A stretch of 64,000 nt of DNA from an uncultured Rubripirellula sp. (GCA_938085445.1 CALKGR010000001.1:128001-192000); one strand, 5' to 3'. Shown: positions 30,528-42,352, counted from the first letter of the stretch. The notes: generated from the letters alone by a model not told the origin. Program-made: numbers and translations.

Positions 30528-31649
30528 TCACTGTGTTGAAAATCGGTGCACTGTGACTTGGTGCAACTTTTCTCCGGGCTTCAACAATGTCGTTGGAAAA
30601 GATTCCCGGTTTGGCGCGTTGGGATAATGTTGGGTTTCGAGACAAAATGCTTCGTGCCCTCCATAGCCATTGGACCTCTCGTTACCTGGCAGATGATTCG
30701 CTGTGTAAAGCTGCATCCCCGGTTGTGTGGTTTCGATTGCCAGTATCCGGCCTGATTCTGGATCAACGACCCGTGCAGCACTACGCAACTCGCCGGGTGT
30801 TCCCCGGACAACATAGCAATGATCATAACCCTTGGTCGCACTTAGCTGCTCAATACGGTCCCCCAAAGCTGTCCCACTTCGGAAATCCAGGACTGTGCCC
30901 TCTACTGAATTCAATTTACCCGTTGGAATCAGATCATCATCCACATCCAGGTACTGGTCAGCTTCAATCGTTGCAATGTGATCCATGGCAGAACCACTGC
31001 CGGCACCTGCAAGGTTCCAGTAACTGTGGTTTGTAAGATTGACATGAGTGGGTGCATCTGTCGTCGCCTTGTACGCGATTCGCAATTCGTTGTTATCATT
31101 CCACGAATACTCTGCAGTTGCCTGTACCGTTCCAGGGTAGCCCTCCTGTCCGTCAGGGCTTGTCAGGTGAAATCGAACACCGACTGCATCATCCGTGCGA
31201 AATGTTTCACCATTCCAATTCTGGTACGTAAAATTGTTTTTCCCGCCGTGAATGTGGTGTTTGCCGGCATTTGTCGTGACCTGATAGGCCTTACCACCAA
31301 TCGTGAATTTTCCCTCTTCAATCCGATTGCAAAACCGTCCGACCGTGCTGCCAAAATAAGGATGCCCGTCAAGGTAGGGTGCAAGTTCGTCAAACGCGAG
31401 ATTCACATTTGCCCGATTCCCTTCTCGGTCAGGGACGTTGACATCGAGTAAGGTGGCTCCCCAAGTCATGACCGAAACACTGTTGCCATGCGAATTAGTC
31501 AAAGTGAACCGAGTGACGTCTTGACCGTCCTGAGTAGCACCAAATACGTTGGATTGGATGTTCATGGTGGGATTAGCAGCGAGCGAGTTGGCAAAACAGG
31601 TAATAATCGCGATAATAGGCATCGCGGTGAAGAACAAGCGTAGCATCAT
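30528..31649 (-). CDS. galM: Aldose 1-epimerase (galactose mutarotase) with signal peptide
   Basis: GRFCNRI, HIHGG, NLTNHSYWNL, GYDHCY, TTQPGMQLYT, CLETQ; hydrophobic leader after ATG 31649. Confidence 0.93.
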   Translation of the reverse strand: MMLRLFFTAMPIIAIITCFANSLAANPTMNIQSNVFGATQDGQDVTRFTLTNSHGNSVSVMTWGATLLDVNVPDREGNRANVNLAFDELAPYLDGHPYFGSTVGRFCNRIEEGKFTIGGKAYQVTTNAGKHHIHGGKNNFTYQNWNGETFRTDDAVGVRFHLTSPDGQEGYPGTVQATAEYSWNDNNELRIAYKATTDAPTHVNLTNHSYWNLAGAGSGSAMDHIATIEADQYLDVDDDLIPTGKLNSVEGTVLDFRSGTALGDRIEQLSATKGYDHCYVVRGTPGELRSAARVVDPESGRILAIETTQPGMQLYTANHLPGNERSNGYGGHEAFCLETQHYPNAPNRESFPTTLLKPGEKLHQVTVHRFSTQ

Positions 31650-31709
31650 GACGTTTTTCGGAGCGTTCGTGTACCAGACAAGTGAGAGCTTTACGTTAAC
31701 CGACATCGC

Positions 31710-32831
31710 GTGCAAATTCACCTTGTGCAGCTCATTGATTTTGAAAAAGTGCGTCCCATCTCTGTGTCTACATTACCTGCCCTTTCACCGCTAAGCATTG
31801 GGAATGTCAACATTGGCTTTCCTATCGTGCAAGCTGCCTTGTCAGGCTACAGCGACCTTCCGATGCGAGTGATTGCGCGTCAATACGGTGCCAGTTACGC
31901 AATTTGCGAGGTAATGCTGGACCAGTTCCTGCTAGCCCTTAGCAAACGTCAGAAAACAAAACACTTCCTGGATATCCATCCCACAGAACACCCGGTGGGT
32001 GGGCAACTGATGGGCGCGGAACCTGAGCAGTTTGCCATGGGCGCGCTAAAATTGGTGGAAGCCGGCTTCGACATCATCGACGTCAATTTCGGATGTCCCG
32101 TCAAAAAGGTTTTGGGGCGCTGTCGCGGCGGATTCCACCTCTCACAACCCGAAGTTGCAATTGATATCCTGCGACGTACCCGTGATATCGTTCCTCAACA
32201 GATTCCTGTAACAGTCAAGATGCGACGTGGCATTGATGATTCAGCTGAATCCCGTGACAAGTTTTTTCAGATTCTTGACGGTGCCATGGACGCTGGTCTA
32301 GCTGCGGCCACCGTGCATGGTCGAACCGTACAGCAACGCTATGTCGGCCCCAGTCGCTGGTCTTTTCTGTCCGAGGTCAAACAACACGTGGGTACAAGGC
32401 TGCGCATTCTCGGCAGTGGTGATTTATTCACAGCCGAGGACTGCTTGCGTATGATTCACGAAACCGGGATCGATGGTGTCACAGTTGCACGGGGTGCAAT
32501 CGGAAATCCGTGGATTTTCCAACAGGCAAAGGCTCTTGCAGAAGGCCTCCCCAAACCCTCACCACCGGACCTGAACGAACAAGCCGCTGTGATGAGAGCT
32601 CATTTTCAGTTGTGCATGCAAACTTACAGCGAACAGCGGGCTCCGCTGTTGATGAGAAAATTTTGCATCAAGTATTCCCAATGCCACCCCCAGCACGAAC
32701 AAGTGCGACTCGATATGACGCGCATCCGAACCGCAGAAGAATTCGAACAGATGCTCAACAAACACTATTCGAACAATGTCGCCGGGCGCTACATCCCGCG
32801 CGAAGCACATGGATCTCAAGAAGAGTGTTGA
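31710..32831 (+). CDS. dusB: tRNA-dihydrouridine synthase (start probably GTG 31764)
   Basis: IDVNFGCP, VTVKMRRG, TVHGRT, GSGD, VARGAIGNPWIF. Confidence 0.88.
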   Translation: MQIHLVQLIDFEKVRPISVSTLPALSPLSIGNVNIGFPIVQAALSGYSDLPMRVIARQYGASYAICEVMLDQFLLALSKRQKTKHFLDIHPTEHPVGGQLMGAEPEQFAMGALKLVEAGFDIIDVNFGCPVKKVLGRCRGGFHLSQPEVAIDILRRTRDIVPQQIPVTVKMRRGIDDSAESRDKFFQILDGAMDAGLAAATVHGRTVQQRYVGPSRWSFLSEVKQHVGTRLRILGSGDLFTAEDCLRMIHETGIDGVTVARGAIGNPWIFQQAKALAEGLPKPSPPDLNEQAAVMRAHFQLCMQTYSEQRAPLLMRKFCIKYSQCHPQHEQVRLDMTRIRTAEEFEQMLNKHYSNNVAGRYIPREAHGSQEEC

Positions 32832-32856
32832 CGCTCAAAAATCTACTCTCTGTGAT

Positions 32857-34311
32857 CTACTCTTCTTCATCTTTCTTGTACTGATCCAATCGGCGATACA
32901 AAGTACGTGCACCGATTTGAAGGATCTTGGCTGCTTCATCACGGTTGTCGTTTGTAAGCCTGAGTGTTTCCTCGATCGCCCAACGTTCGATGACGCCTAA
33001 TGGCTTCCCAATCAGATCTGAATCCCCTTGGATTGGCATTTGCGGATCGTCCCCGTCTTCCAATGCCTCATCGGCCAACTCTGGTGGCAAATCATCAACA
33101 TCAAGCTTGCCATCAGTATCCAAAACCACCATTGTCTCGACAAAATTCCTCAACTCTCTGACATTACCGGGCCAGTCATAGGAAAAGAAACGCTTTGTCA
33201 CGGCTGGTGTGAAATGTGCCGTTGGCTTCTCGTGACGACGAAGAAATGTTTTTCGAAAATGGTCCATCAATGGCACGACATCCTCAAGACGATCACGTAA
33301 GGCAGGCAACTCGACCGTCACTACTTTTAGCCGATGGTACAAGTCTTTACGGAACGTGCCAGCTTCAATCATCCCTTGCAGTGGACGATTCGTTGCTGAG
33401 ATCAAACGTACGTTCACTTTGATGGTTTTATTGTCACCAACACGCGTGATCTGATTCTCTTCCAAAACACGCAGCAACTTGATCTGAGTATTGGCAGGCA
33501 TATCACCGACCTCATCAAGGAACAAAGTACCGCCATTAGCGTATTGAAAAGCTCCTTCACGGTCAGACACTGCATCAGTGAACGATCCTTTTACATGCCC
33601 GAACAGTTCACTCTCGACAAGATTCTCTGCAATTGCTCCAGTGTTGATTGCTACCATCCGTTTGCTACGCCGTGGACTGTTCTGGTGAATTGCCTGAGCA
33701 ATGATCTCCTTCCCCGTACCATTTTCACCGGTAATCAGAACTGTTGCATCGGTGGCAGCGATTCGACGCAACCGATCAATGACCATTTGCATCTTCTTGC
33801 TGACATAGATGATGCCCTCGAAACCAAACCGCTCATCCAGTCTCTGCAAAAGCTCGGTATTTTTCCGTTTAAGCGAAACCGCCTCCGCAGCTTTCTCTGC
33901 AATTGCTCGAAGCCGGTTGGGAGTGATCGGCTTTTCCAAAAAGTTGAAAGCGCCTTTTTGCATCGCCTCAACTGCCACCGGAACCGTTGCATGACCGGTC
34001 ACCATGACCACTTCGCAGTCCGGTAATCGCTCACGTGCAAGCTTGAGAATTTTCATGCCGTCGACATCGTTCATGACCATATCTGTGATGATGATGTCGT
34101 AGGTTTCACGTTCCACCAAACTGGCAGCTTCCGGTCCGCTCGTTGCTACTTCACATGTGTAGCCAACTTTTTCCAAACTCTCCGTCATCGCTCGAGCATG
34201 CGCCGCCTCGTTATCAATGACCAGAAGCCTCAAACTGGACGGGTCAAATTCCACCACACGAGGAGACTGGCCGCCGTCTGCCGGAGAGTTGGACTGATTT
34301 TCACTTACCAT
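32857..34311 (-). CDS. Sigma-54-dependent response regulator (REC + AAA+ + Fis HTH, NtrC family)
   Basis: ITDMVM receiver, GENGTGKE, ESELFGH-GSFTDA, FLDEVGD, WPGNVREL, IGARTLYRRL. Confidence 0.95.
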   Translation of the reverse strand: MVSENQSNSPADGGQSPRVVEFDPSSLRLLVIDNEAAHARAMTESLEKVGYTCEVATSGPEAASLVERETYDIIITDMVMNDVDGMKILKLARERLPDCEVVMVTGHATVPVAVEAMQKGAFNFLEKPITPNRLRAIAEKAAEAVSLKRKNTELLQRLDERFGFEGIIYVSKKMQMVIDRLRRIAATDATVLITGENGTGKEIIAQAIHQNSPRRSKRMVAINTGAIAENLVESELFGHVKGSFTDAVSDREGAFQYANGGTLFLDEVGDMPANTQIKLLRVLEENQITRVGDNKTIKVNVRLISATNRPLQGMIEAGTFRKDLYHRLKVVTVELPALRDRLEDVVPLMDHFRKTFLRRHEKPTAHFTPAVTKRFFSYDWPGNVRELRNFVETMVVLDTDGKLDVDDLPPELADEALEDGDDPQMPIQGDSDLIGKPLGVIERWAIEETLRLTNDNRDEAAKILQIGARTLYRRLDQYKKDEEE

Positions 34312-34581
34312 CGTTGACGCGTGGCCCGGGTACCGAGAGGAAGGATAAAAACTGATTCGCGAACGCACCGAAAATTAAGTCTTTAATTTTAGAAAATCTC
34401 GGCGTTCATCAACCAGGAAAAGTCGAAAACAGCTTAACAAGCAGGAGAGTCGGCCCATGCCCCTCGTATCTCCGCTCGATCCTGCCGAGAGGATCCTTGT
34501 CCATCATCCCAGCACGTTTAGCTCTTAGGGCAACGGTTCTGCCCATTGAGGCTTTCATCTTCTCTTTCTACTCCCAGCCGC

Positions 34582-37500
34582 TCACAGAGACTTCGCATAG
34601 CGGCTTTGAAGCGACTCAACTTCCAAATCTGTATCTCGTGTAGCACGCATGGCCCGTACCGCTGCCTCAGCAGCAGCCAGCGTGGTGATGCAGGGTACCC
34701 CATGCTGCACAGCAGCCGCTCGAATGCGACCTTCATCAGTGCGAGCACCTTTCCCACTCGGAGTGTTGAGGATTAGCTGAACATCATCATTTTTCAGATA
34801 ATCAATAAGATTGGGGTGACCTTCAGCCAACTTCTTTACCCGAGTCACCTCGACGCCACCTTCTTCCAGTCGTGCCGCCGTCCCCGAGGTAGCAAGAACT
34901 TCGAACCCAAGTTCTCGCAAGTCCGTCCCAATGGCCTTGGCAGACTCTTTGTGACGTGAGCTAAGGCTAATGAAAATTTTTCCAGATTCAGGTAACAGGC
35001 TGCCCGCAGCAATTTGACTTTTTGCAAACGCGAGCGAGAACTTATCGCTCACTCCCATCACTTCTCCGGTACTTCGCATCTCCGGACCCAGTACGATATC
35101 GACACCGGCAAACTTTCGGAAAGGAAAAACGCTTTCCTTGATGGAAACATGTCGCGGAATGGGCTCCTCGGTAATTCCCTGTTCAGCCAGCGAAATTCCA
35201 GCCATGACCTTCGTTGCAATACTTGCCACTGGCACCCCCGTCGCTTTCGCTACAAAGGGTGCTGTACGGGAGGCCCGCGGATTCACCTCCAGCACGTACA
35301 GAATCATACCTTGTTCTTCCGACTTGATAGCAAACTGAATGTTCATCAGTCCAATGACATTCAATTTCTGAGCAAGTTTCTTCGTGGCCTCACGAATTTC
35401 ATTGAGTATCGGTTGCGTCAAACTGAATGGCGGGATTGCACACGCTGAGTCACCCGAATGGACGCCCGCCTCCTCAATGTGCTCCATGATACCCATGATC
35501 ACACAGTCAGTTCCATCTGCGATGGCATCGACATCTACCTCGGTGGCATCCTCCAAAAAGCGGTCGATCAACACAGGTTGCCCATCTGCGACCACAAAGG
35601 CCTCAGCCACATAACGATCGAATTGGGCTTGGTCATAACAAATTTCCATCGCTCGTCCTCCGAGCACAAAACTCGGCCTGACCAGCATCGGAAACCCGAT
35701 CACCTTTGCTTCAACCCGAGCTTCATCCATATTTCGAGCGATGCCGCTAGGCGGTTGCTTCAAACCCAATTCATCAATCAACTGCTGAAACAATTCCCTG
35801 TCTTCTGCCGCCTCAATGGTGTCAACACTTGTGCCAATGACTGGCACACCTGCTTCAGCTAAACCTCTCGCCAAATTCAGTGGAGTTTGTCCGCCAAACT
35901 GAACAATCACACCATCAGGTTGAATCGCATCACAAACGTTGAGAACATCCTCAATCGTGAGCGGTTCAAAGAACAACATATCTGAGGTGTCATAATCAGT
36001 ACTCACCGTCTCCGGATTACTGTTCACCATGACACTTTCGATCCCAATGTCACGAAGTGCAAAACTTGCGTGGCAGCAGCAGTAATCAAATTCGATTCCC
36101 TGCCCGATACGGTTGGGACCACCGCCCAGAATCACCACGCGTTTTTTGTCACTCTTGGGGGGTAGTTCATCCTCAACTTCATAAGTGCTGTAATAGTAAG
36201 GGGTATACGCCTCGAACTCTGCGGCGCACGTATCCACACTTTTGAAGACAGGCTTCACACCCAATTCAAGACGTCTGGCCCGAACTTGGGTTTCAGTTGC
36301 AGAGGTAATTTTCGCGATTTGGCGGTCGGAAAAACCATCCCGCTTCGCATCCCACATCTGATCCCGGGAAAACCCGTCGAGCGAACCGATTTCGATCAGC
36401 CGATTTTCATGCTCGATGATCTGAGAAAGATGGTCAAGGAACCAAACATCGATGTTTGTAAGTTCAAACACTTCATCAAGGTTCATTCCCGCTTTGAGTG
36501 CGTACCGGATGTAGAAGATCCGCTCCGCACCAGGAGTACTCAATTTCGCTCTGATCTCATCAAAATCAGGCTGCTGCTCGGTGCCCCACAAGTCGCGATT
36601 ATCACTACCCAAACCGAACGCGCCAACTTCCAAACCTCGCATTGCTTTCTGCATCGATTCACGAAACGTACGGCCGATGGCCATGGTCTCTCCGACACTC
36701 TTCATTTGCGTCGTCAGTGTTGCGTCAGCCTCAGGGAATTTTTCGAACGCAAATCGAGGCATTTTCGTGACGACATAGTCAATCGTTGGCTCAAAGCAGG
36801 CCTTCGTTTGCTTCGTGATATCGTTTGGCAGTTCCCATAAGAGGTATCCAATTGCCAACTTTGCTGCGATTTTCGCAATTGGAAAACCGGTTGCTTTACT
36901 CGCCAGTGCACTTGAACGACTAACCCGTGGGTTCATCTCGATGACGATCATCCTGCCTGTTTTGGGCTCGATCGCGAACTGAATGTTGCTACCACCCGTT
37001 TCTACACCGATCTCGCGAATCACAGCCAACGACGCATCACGCATCCGTTGGTATTCCTTGTCTGTCAATGTCTGTGCTGGCGCCACAGTGATTGAGTCAC
37101 CAGTGTGAACACCCATCGCATCAAAATTTTCGATGCTACAAATGATGACCACATTGTCTTCTCTATCCCGCACGACCTCCATCTCGTACTCTTTCCAACC
37201 GATGATCGATTCCTCAATCAGAACTTCGGTAACTGGAGATTGATCGAGACCATTCTGCACGAGAGCATCAAAGTCATCCTTGTTGTAGGCGATTGCTGAA
37301 CCGCTGCCGCCCATCGTAAAACTCGGTCGCACAACCGCGGGCAAACCAACATCCTGAAGCGCTTCACGCGCATGCTGCAGCGTTTTAACGGTATGCCCAT
37401 TGCAGGTATCCAAGCCGATCTTGTCCATGGCAGCTTTGAACTGCTCACGTTCCTCAGCCTTGGCAATGACCGCCGCGTTCGCGCCGATCATTTCCACTCC

Positions 37501-37833
37501 GTATTTTTCCAATACCCCGTTGGCTTCGAGGTCCATCGCACAATTCAAACCTGTCTGCCCTCCCAGCGTGGGCAACAGCGCATCCGGTTTCTCCTTGGCG
37601 ATGATTTTCTCAATCATCTGCCATGTCAATGGCTCAATGTAAGTCGAGTCTGCCGTATCAGGATCCGTCATGATGGTCGCAGGATTGCTGTTGACCAACA
37701 CGACTTCGTAACCCTCTTCTCGAAGAGCCTTACAAGCCTGGGTTCCCGAATAGTCAAATTCACAAGCCTGCCCAATGACAATTGGACCGCTGCCGATAAT
37801 CAGAATCTTATTGATGTCGTCGCGACGAGGCAC
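34582..37833 (-). CDS. carB: Carbamoyl-phosphate synthase large subunit
   Basis: [53 protein letters not shown] domain; GTG start at 37833 (VPRRDDI). Confidence 0.98.
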   Translation of the reverse strand: MPRRDDINKILIIGSGPIVIGQACEFDYSGTQACKALREEGYEVVLVNSNPATIMTDPDTADSTYIEPLTWQMIEKIIAKEKPDALLPTLGGQTGLNCAMDLEANGVLEKYGVEMIGANAAVIAKAEEREQFKAAMDKIGLDTCNGHTVKTLQHAREALQDVGLPAVVRPSFTMGGSGSAIAYNKDDFDALVQNGLDQSPVTEVLIEESIIGWKEYEMEVVRDREDNVVIICSIENFDAMGVHTGDSITVAPAQTLTDKEYQRMRDASLAVIREIGVETGGSNIQFAIEPKTGRMIVIEMNPRVSRSSALASKATGFPIAKIAAKLAIGYLLWELPNDITKQTKACFEPTIDYVVTKMPRFAFEKFPEADATLTTQMKSVGETMAIGRTFRESMQKAMRGLEVGAFGLGSDNRDLWGTEQQPDFDEIRAKLSTPGAERIFYIRYALKAGMNLDEVFELTNIDVWFLDHLSQIIEHENRLIEIGSLDGFSRDQMWDAKRDGFSDRQIAKITSATETQVRARRLELGVKPVFKSVDTCAAEFEAYTPYYYSTYEVEDELPPKSDKKRVVILGGGPNRIGQGIEFDYCCCHASFALRDIGIESVMVNSNPETVSTDYDTSDMLFFEPLTIEDVLNVCDAIQPDGVIVQFGGQTPLNLARGLAEAGVPVIGTSVDTIEAAEDRELFQQLIDELGLKQPPSGIARNMDEARVEAKVIGFPMLVRPSFVLGGRAMEICYDQAQFDRYVAEAFVVADGQPVLIDRFLEDATEVDVDAIADGTDCVIMGIMEHIEEAGVHSGDSACAIPPFSLTQPILNEIREATKKLAQKLNVIGLMNIQFAIKSEEQGMILYVLEVNPRASRTAPFVAKATGVPVASIATKVMAGISLAEQGITEEPIPRHVSIKESVFPFRKFAGVDIVLGPEMRSTGEVMGVSDKFSLAFAKSQIAAGSLLPESGKIFISLSSRHKESAKAIGTDLRELGFEVLATSGTAARLEEGGVEVTRVKKLAEGHPNLIDYLKNDDVQLILNTPSGKGARTDEGRIRAAAVQHGVPCITTLAAAEAAVRAMRATRDTDLEVESLQSRYAKSL

Positions 37834-38283
37834 GTTCTTATTTCCAACGGCGTGGAGCTTAAAAGGTTCATACACAGAACTTACAAGGAGCCAAACCTCG
37901 ATTCCAACTTAAGGAATCCTCACTCGCGTCCTCAGCACTCGCAAAATTCCAGACAAACACCGGTAACGGAGCGTGAGATCGACACCTGCAAATTGAGGCA
38001 GAGGATAGCAGAAAAAAGCCCAGTCGTAGAGGACTCAACCAAACCGCATGCTAAAAGAAGCTGCGGCCCTTCCCGCAGTCACAGCGAAAACCTTCTCTTC
38101 GGCGCCATTACAGCGTTTTTTCAACGATCCGACTGATCCCCAAACCGCTCCAACCGCAGAAGATTCCCCAAAAAGGGCGGTTCGAATTCCCGCTAATCGC
38201 CCGCGATTCACGAGTACCAAGCTCGTTCTATCCGAAAAACCCGTCTGGACTGGATTTGCATCTGGACTGAATAAGCTTCTGAG

Positions 38284-39204
38284 CTACGGTGCCGCCTTCT
38301 TGTCAGGAACTGTTTCCCCTGATTTCCGACGTACCAGACCATACCGCCACACAAACCCTGAGGCGATGCAGGCTGCTCCTACCAACGTCCACCATTGTGG
38401 GAACTGATAAGTGGCGTAATTCCGCCACGCCAGAAACGTCCACACCGGCACCGCCACTGGTTCCAGCAACGTAATCAACGACGCCTCGTTGCTCTCCACT
38501 TCTCGAACCGCCCAAGCAAAGATCATGTACGGAATCGCCAATTGAACTGCCCCCAGACAAAACAAAGCGATCCATTGCCCACCGTGTGGTAGCGGAGCCT
38601 TGCCAATGACCAACGGAGCCAGACACAACACACTAACAAGATGATTCACCAAGCCAAGCCAAGCTACATCAACGCCCCGCAGCCGCCGAAGGGAAACCAT
38701 GACGACCGCGTACATTAATCCTGAAAAAAGCGCAAGACCAACAGGCCCGGTCACAAGTGACTCGTGTGTCACCCTCGATTCCATTCCGATGATGAAAACA
38801 ATCCCCACCAACGACAATCCCACCATCACCCAATCACTGCGTCGAGGACGATCACCAATGCCAAGCAAACCGGCAACCGCGACCCACGCAGGCCCAACAT
38901 ACTGCAGCCAGATCGTGGTTGTCTCAGAACCATTCACCATCGCAACAAGAAAAGAATACGTCATTGCGACAAAAGCCATGGACATGGGCACCATCGCGAT
39001 GCGGAACTGTGGACGACGCACAAATGGCAGTACTGTCAAAGCAGCGAAAACAGCACGCCAGAATGTCAACGCAACACCACGTGTCTCCATGGGCCAATCA
39101 TCAAACCAAGGAGCCTTGGCATAAAAACCACTTGTACTCCAGAGCAATGCGGCGACGACCACCAGAAGACGCGAACGATCCCGAAGAGAAAGCTTTGGCA
39201 TCAA
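38284..39204 (-). CDS. DMT/EamA family transporter
   Basis: About 10 TM segments; ASLITLLEPV motif. Confidence 0.9.
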   Translation of the reverse strand: MMPKLSLRDRSRLLVVVAALLWSTSGFYAKAPWFDDWPMETRGVALTFWRAVFAALTVLPFVRRPQFRIAMVPMSMAFVAMTYSFLVAMVNGSETTTIWLQYVGPAWVAVAGLLGIGDRPRRSDWVMVGLSLVGIVFIIGMESRVTHESLVTGPVGLALFSGLMYAVVMVSLRRLRGVDVAWLGLVNHLVSVLCLAPLVIGKAPLPHGGQWIALFCLGAVQLAIPYMIFAWAVREVESNEASLITLLEPVAVPVWTFLAWRNYATYQFPQWWTLVGAACIASGFVWRYGLVRRKSGETVPDKKAAP

Positions 39205-40133
39205 TTTTCAGTCGCATCAGATTGAGCCCAACTCACCACAATCTGTACAGGCAGATGGTCGCTGGCATAACGGCCGGCAGAAGTTTTTGGATCGAGCGTA
39301 GACAGTTGTTCGATGCTGATCCGCCCCCGAACAAAGATGTGGTCGATGATACGGCCGGAAGCAATTTCGCGAAAACCATTCCAAGTGCTTTCAGGACCCG
39401 AGACCGCCTGTCTACTCAATACACGAGCATCCTTCAATGATTGATCGCCGACCAAGACCAGATAGGGAGCAGATCGTTGCAAACAATTGAAGTCACCCAT
39501 CACAACGCACGGTGTTGCCACAGGCTGCTCGTTGACCACTCGCTTGATCAGCCTTGCACTTTCTTCCCGAGCATTTGAGCCACGATGATCAAAATGTGTA
39601 TTGGCGACCCACAACTTTTTCCCGGTGAACCTATCTTTCACAAGCATCCAAGTACAGGTTCTTGGTAGCGACGCGTCCCAACCTGCAACACCAACTTTTT
39701 CAGGATCATCACTCAACCAAAAAGTTCCCCGCTCCAAGGCGGCGAAACGAGTCCTTCTGATTCCAATGGGTGTGTGCTCGCCACGACTGCGGCCGTCATC
39801 TCGACCCACACCATAAAAATCGAATTCCGGAAGCCGCGCCACCAACGTTTTCAATTGGCCTGAGGTGACCTCCTGCAAGCCGATTAGATCCTGCTTGGAG
39901 AGCAAATCCACCACAGCATCAACACGGTTATCCCACGCATCTTTTCCGTCACGAGCGTTGTCATACCGAATATTAAAAGTCATCAGTTTGAAGACGTCTG
40001 ATGATTCGATCACCAGCGTCTCCGCAAAACACACTTTGGTGACCAAACCGGGACTCAAAGCCACCCAAGCCAAGGTGACCAGACTCAACCTGCGAATGCA
40101 GAATCCACAATGCGACGCTCGTGAATTGAACAT
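39201..40133 (-). CDS. Secreted endonuclease/exonuclease/phosphatase family protein
   Basis: MTFNIRYD, GLQEV, GTFWLS, NTHFDH, MGDFN, IDHIF, ASDH. The track start 40280 overlaps the upstream gene, so a downstream ATG was used. Confidence 0.92.
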   Translation of the reverse strand: MFNSRASHCGFCIRRLSLVTLAWVALSPGLVTKVCFAETLVIESSDVFKLMTFNIRYDNARDGKDAWDNRVDAVVDLLSKQDLIGLQEVTSGQLKTLVARLPEFDFYGVGRDDGRSRGEHTPIGIRRTRFAALERGTFWLSDDPEKVGVAGWDASLPRTCTWMLVKDRFTGKKLWVANTHFDHRGSNAREESARLIKRVVNEQPVATPCVVMGDFNCLQRSAPYLVLVGDQSLKDARVLSRQAVSGPESTWNGFREIASGRIIDHIFVRGRISIEQLSTLDPKTSAGRYASDHLPVQIVVSWAQSDATEN

Positions 40134-40165
40134 CAGGCCCATCCGAAAGAAAAAGAGACGAAAGC

Positions 40166-41497
40166 TTACTCGTGGCGAAGTGCCTCGATCGGATTCATCT
40201 TCGCTGCACGCACAGCAGGATACAACCCACTGACTAAACCAACGCCAACCGCAATCGCTACTGCCAATGGAATTGTCCAAAGAACAATTGAAGGCGTCGC
40301 CTCACGGATAGGTTGAGGCAAGCTTGAGAATTGCTCGGGAAAACCTTGCTCAAACACCCAAATCAGACCTCCGTACACTGGCAAGCTCAACAACCCGAGC
40401 AGGATACCCAGGAACGCGCCAACAAAACTGAGCACGATGGTTTCAACGAGAAATTGCTTGACAATATCTCCCTGCTTGGCCCCAAGAGCACGACGAATAC
40501 CAATTTCCCTTGTTCTTTCCGTCACACTGGCCAGCATGATATTCATGATCCCAATACCACCCACAAGCAACGAAATGCAAGCGATCAAAATAGCGATCCC
40601 GAGAAACAGCAACTTCATATTGCGTGCCTGCTCCAGCAATTCTAGCGGCACCACTACCGCCGTATCGTTCATTTCGCTGTGCTTTGAGGCCAACAGGCTT
40701 TTAATCAGTGCCGCTGAGGGTCGAACTTTTTCCGGCGATGTCGCCTGAAGCGTGATCTGATTCAGTTCCATAATTTCCATCTGGAACTGACCACTACGCC
40801 TAGTAACGATTGTGTCGCCAATTCTCTTCCGCAGCGTCCGTATGGGAATATAAACATCTGCAGAGAAATCCTGTGAATCAAGAGACCCGCCAATTGCCGC
40901 TGAAGGATTTCTATGCTCGAGGACCCCGACAATTCTGTACTTGTCAGTGTGCTCAGGGACATTAATGCGCTTTCCCAAAGGTTCCTCGTAGGGAAACAGG
41001 GTCTCGGCTACGCCAGCGGAAACCACACACACGGTATCCGCGTTCAAATCATCGGCATCACCAAGAAACCGCCCACCATTCTCCCTTATCTCAAGGGTGT
41101 TCACATCTGCGTAGGCCGGCGTACATCCGACAAGCCGTCCATCAATGGAACGGTCACGATATGTGAATTGCCTTCGAATTTCACGAATGGGTATTGCCGT
41201 TTCGATCGTGGGAACGTTTTCGATAATCCGTTCCAAGTCACTACGGAGCAGGCCATACTGAGTTGCCCGCATGCCTGCAAGCTTGTCTTCGGGTGGCTTC
41301 TGGCTCCGAACGATGATCGTAGTCGAACCGAGCGATTCGATCTGACGTTGCACCTGGTCACTAGCCCCTTGGCTGATAGCTGTCAGAACGATGACAGCAG
41401 TAACACCGATCATGATACCAATCATGGTCAACGCAGTCCGCAATGGATGCAGTGCGAGGCTCTTGATACCGAGTTTCCAAGTACGCAACCAAATCAT
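40166..41497 (-). CDS. MacB/FtsX-type ABC transporter permease
   Basis: LRTALTMIGIMIGV, GGIGIMNIMLASVTERTREIGIRRALGA, PIEALRHE. Confidence 0.95.
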   Translation of the reverse strand: MIWLRTWKLGIKSLALHPLRTALTMIGIMIGVTAVIVLTAISQGASDQVQRQIESLGSTTIIVRSQKPPEDKLAGMRATQYGLLRSDLERIIENVPTIETAIPIREIRRQFTYRDRSIDGRLVGCTPAYADVNTLEIRENGGRFLGDADDLNADTVCVVSAGVAETLFPYEEPLGKRINVPEHTDKYRIVGVLEHRNPSAAIGGSLDSQDFSADVYIPIRTLRKRIGDTIVTRRSGQFQMEIMELNQITLQATSPEKVRPSAALIKSLLASKHSEMNDTAVVVPLELLEQARNMKLLFLGIAILIACISLLVGGIGIMNIMLASVTERTREIGIRRALGAKQGDIVKQFLVETIVLSFVGAFLGILLGLLSLPVYGGLIWVFEQGFPEQFSSLPQPIREATPSIVLWTIPLAVAIAVGVGLVSGLYPAVRAAKMNPIEALRHE

Positions 41498-41521
41498 GTC
41501 AATTTATTCCCGACGCCATAA

Positions 41522-42352
41522 CTACTCGCGAGCCAACAATTCTTCAACCGCTTCCCGCTGAGCTAATCTGGCGGCCACACGTCGTTCATCACTGACCAGC
41601 TCGTCCGTGTGTAACATTCCGTCCTTCAAACGCACGATGCGTTTAGCGCGATCAGCTACATCGTCTTCATGGGTGACCAGAATGATGGTTCGACCTTCAT
41701 CATTAAGTTGATCAAAGATCGCAAGAATCTCATCGGTTGTAGCCGAATCCAAGTTGCCTGTGGGCTCATCCGCCAGCACGAAGAAGGGGTCATTGACGAG
41801 ACTTCGAGCGATCGCCACTCGCTGCTGCTGACCGCCCGACAATTGCGCAGGCCGGTGGTCGAGTCGATCGCCCAAACCGACACGCTCTGCCAATTCGATG
41901 GCCCTTCTCTTTTCACCTGATCCGAGCCGCCCTTGGTAGTACAGCGGCACCTGAATGTTTTCAACAACGCTCAACTGCTGTATCAGATTGTATGACTGGA
42001 AAACAAAACCAATGCGTGTGCTTCTGATCTCGGCAAGCTCGTCATCAGTCATCTCAGCAATGTCATCCTCACCGAGATACAGGCTCCCATCAGTTGGCTT
42101 ATCCAAGCAACCTAACAGGTTCAATAAGGTACTCTTCCCGCTGCCCGATGGACCCATGATTGCGACATAGTCTCCCTCTGGCACGTCAAACGAGACACCC
42201 CGAAGAGCGCGGACTGTCTCGCTCTTTAATACATATTCTTTCGTTAAATCCCGAATGGAAGTCGCCATTCGAGGCGTATGTGTTACTGATCCCGCATCCG
42301 CGAGACCAGTTGTACCAAATGGATCATTGCTACTCATATCCTCAACCCCCAC
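41522..42352 (-). CDS. ABC transporter ATP-binding protein (LolD/MacB-like)
   Basis: GPSGSGKST, IGFVFQ, LSGGQQQRV, ADEPTGNLD, VTHE. Confidence 0.96.
   Translation of the reverse strand: MGVEDMSSNDPFGTTGLADAGSVTHTPRMATSIRDLTKEYVLKSETVRALRGVSFDVPEGDYVAIMGPSGSGKSTLLNLLGCLDKPTDGSLYLGEDDIAEMTDDELAEIRSTRIGFVFQSYNLIQQLSVVENIQVPLYYQGRLGSGEKRRAIELAERVGLGDRLDHRPAQLSGGQQQRVAIARSLVNDPFFVLADEPTGNLDSATTDEILAIFDQLNDEGRTIILVTHEDDVADRAKRIVRLKDGMLHTDELVSDERRVAARLAQREAVEELLARE

Noticed and set aside
34582..37833. carB without adjacent carA
   Set aside because: Split carA/carB loci are common and not informative.
37372..38407. Plus-strand ORFs of 254 and 119 aa around the carB start
   Set aside because: Mostly antisense to carB or the DMT gene, with no recognisable motifs.
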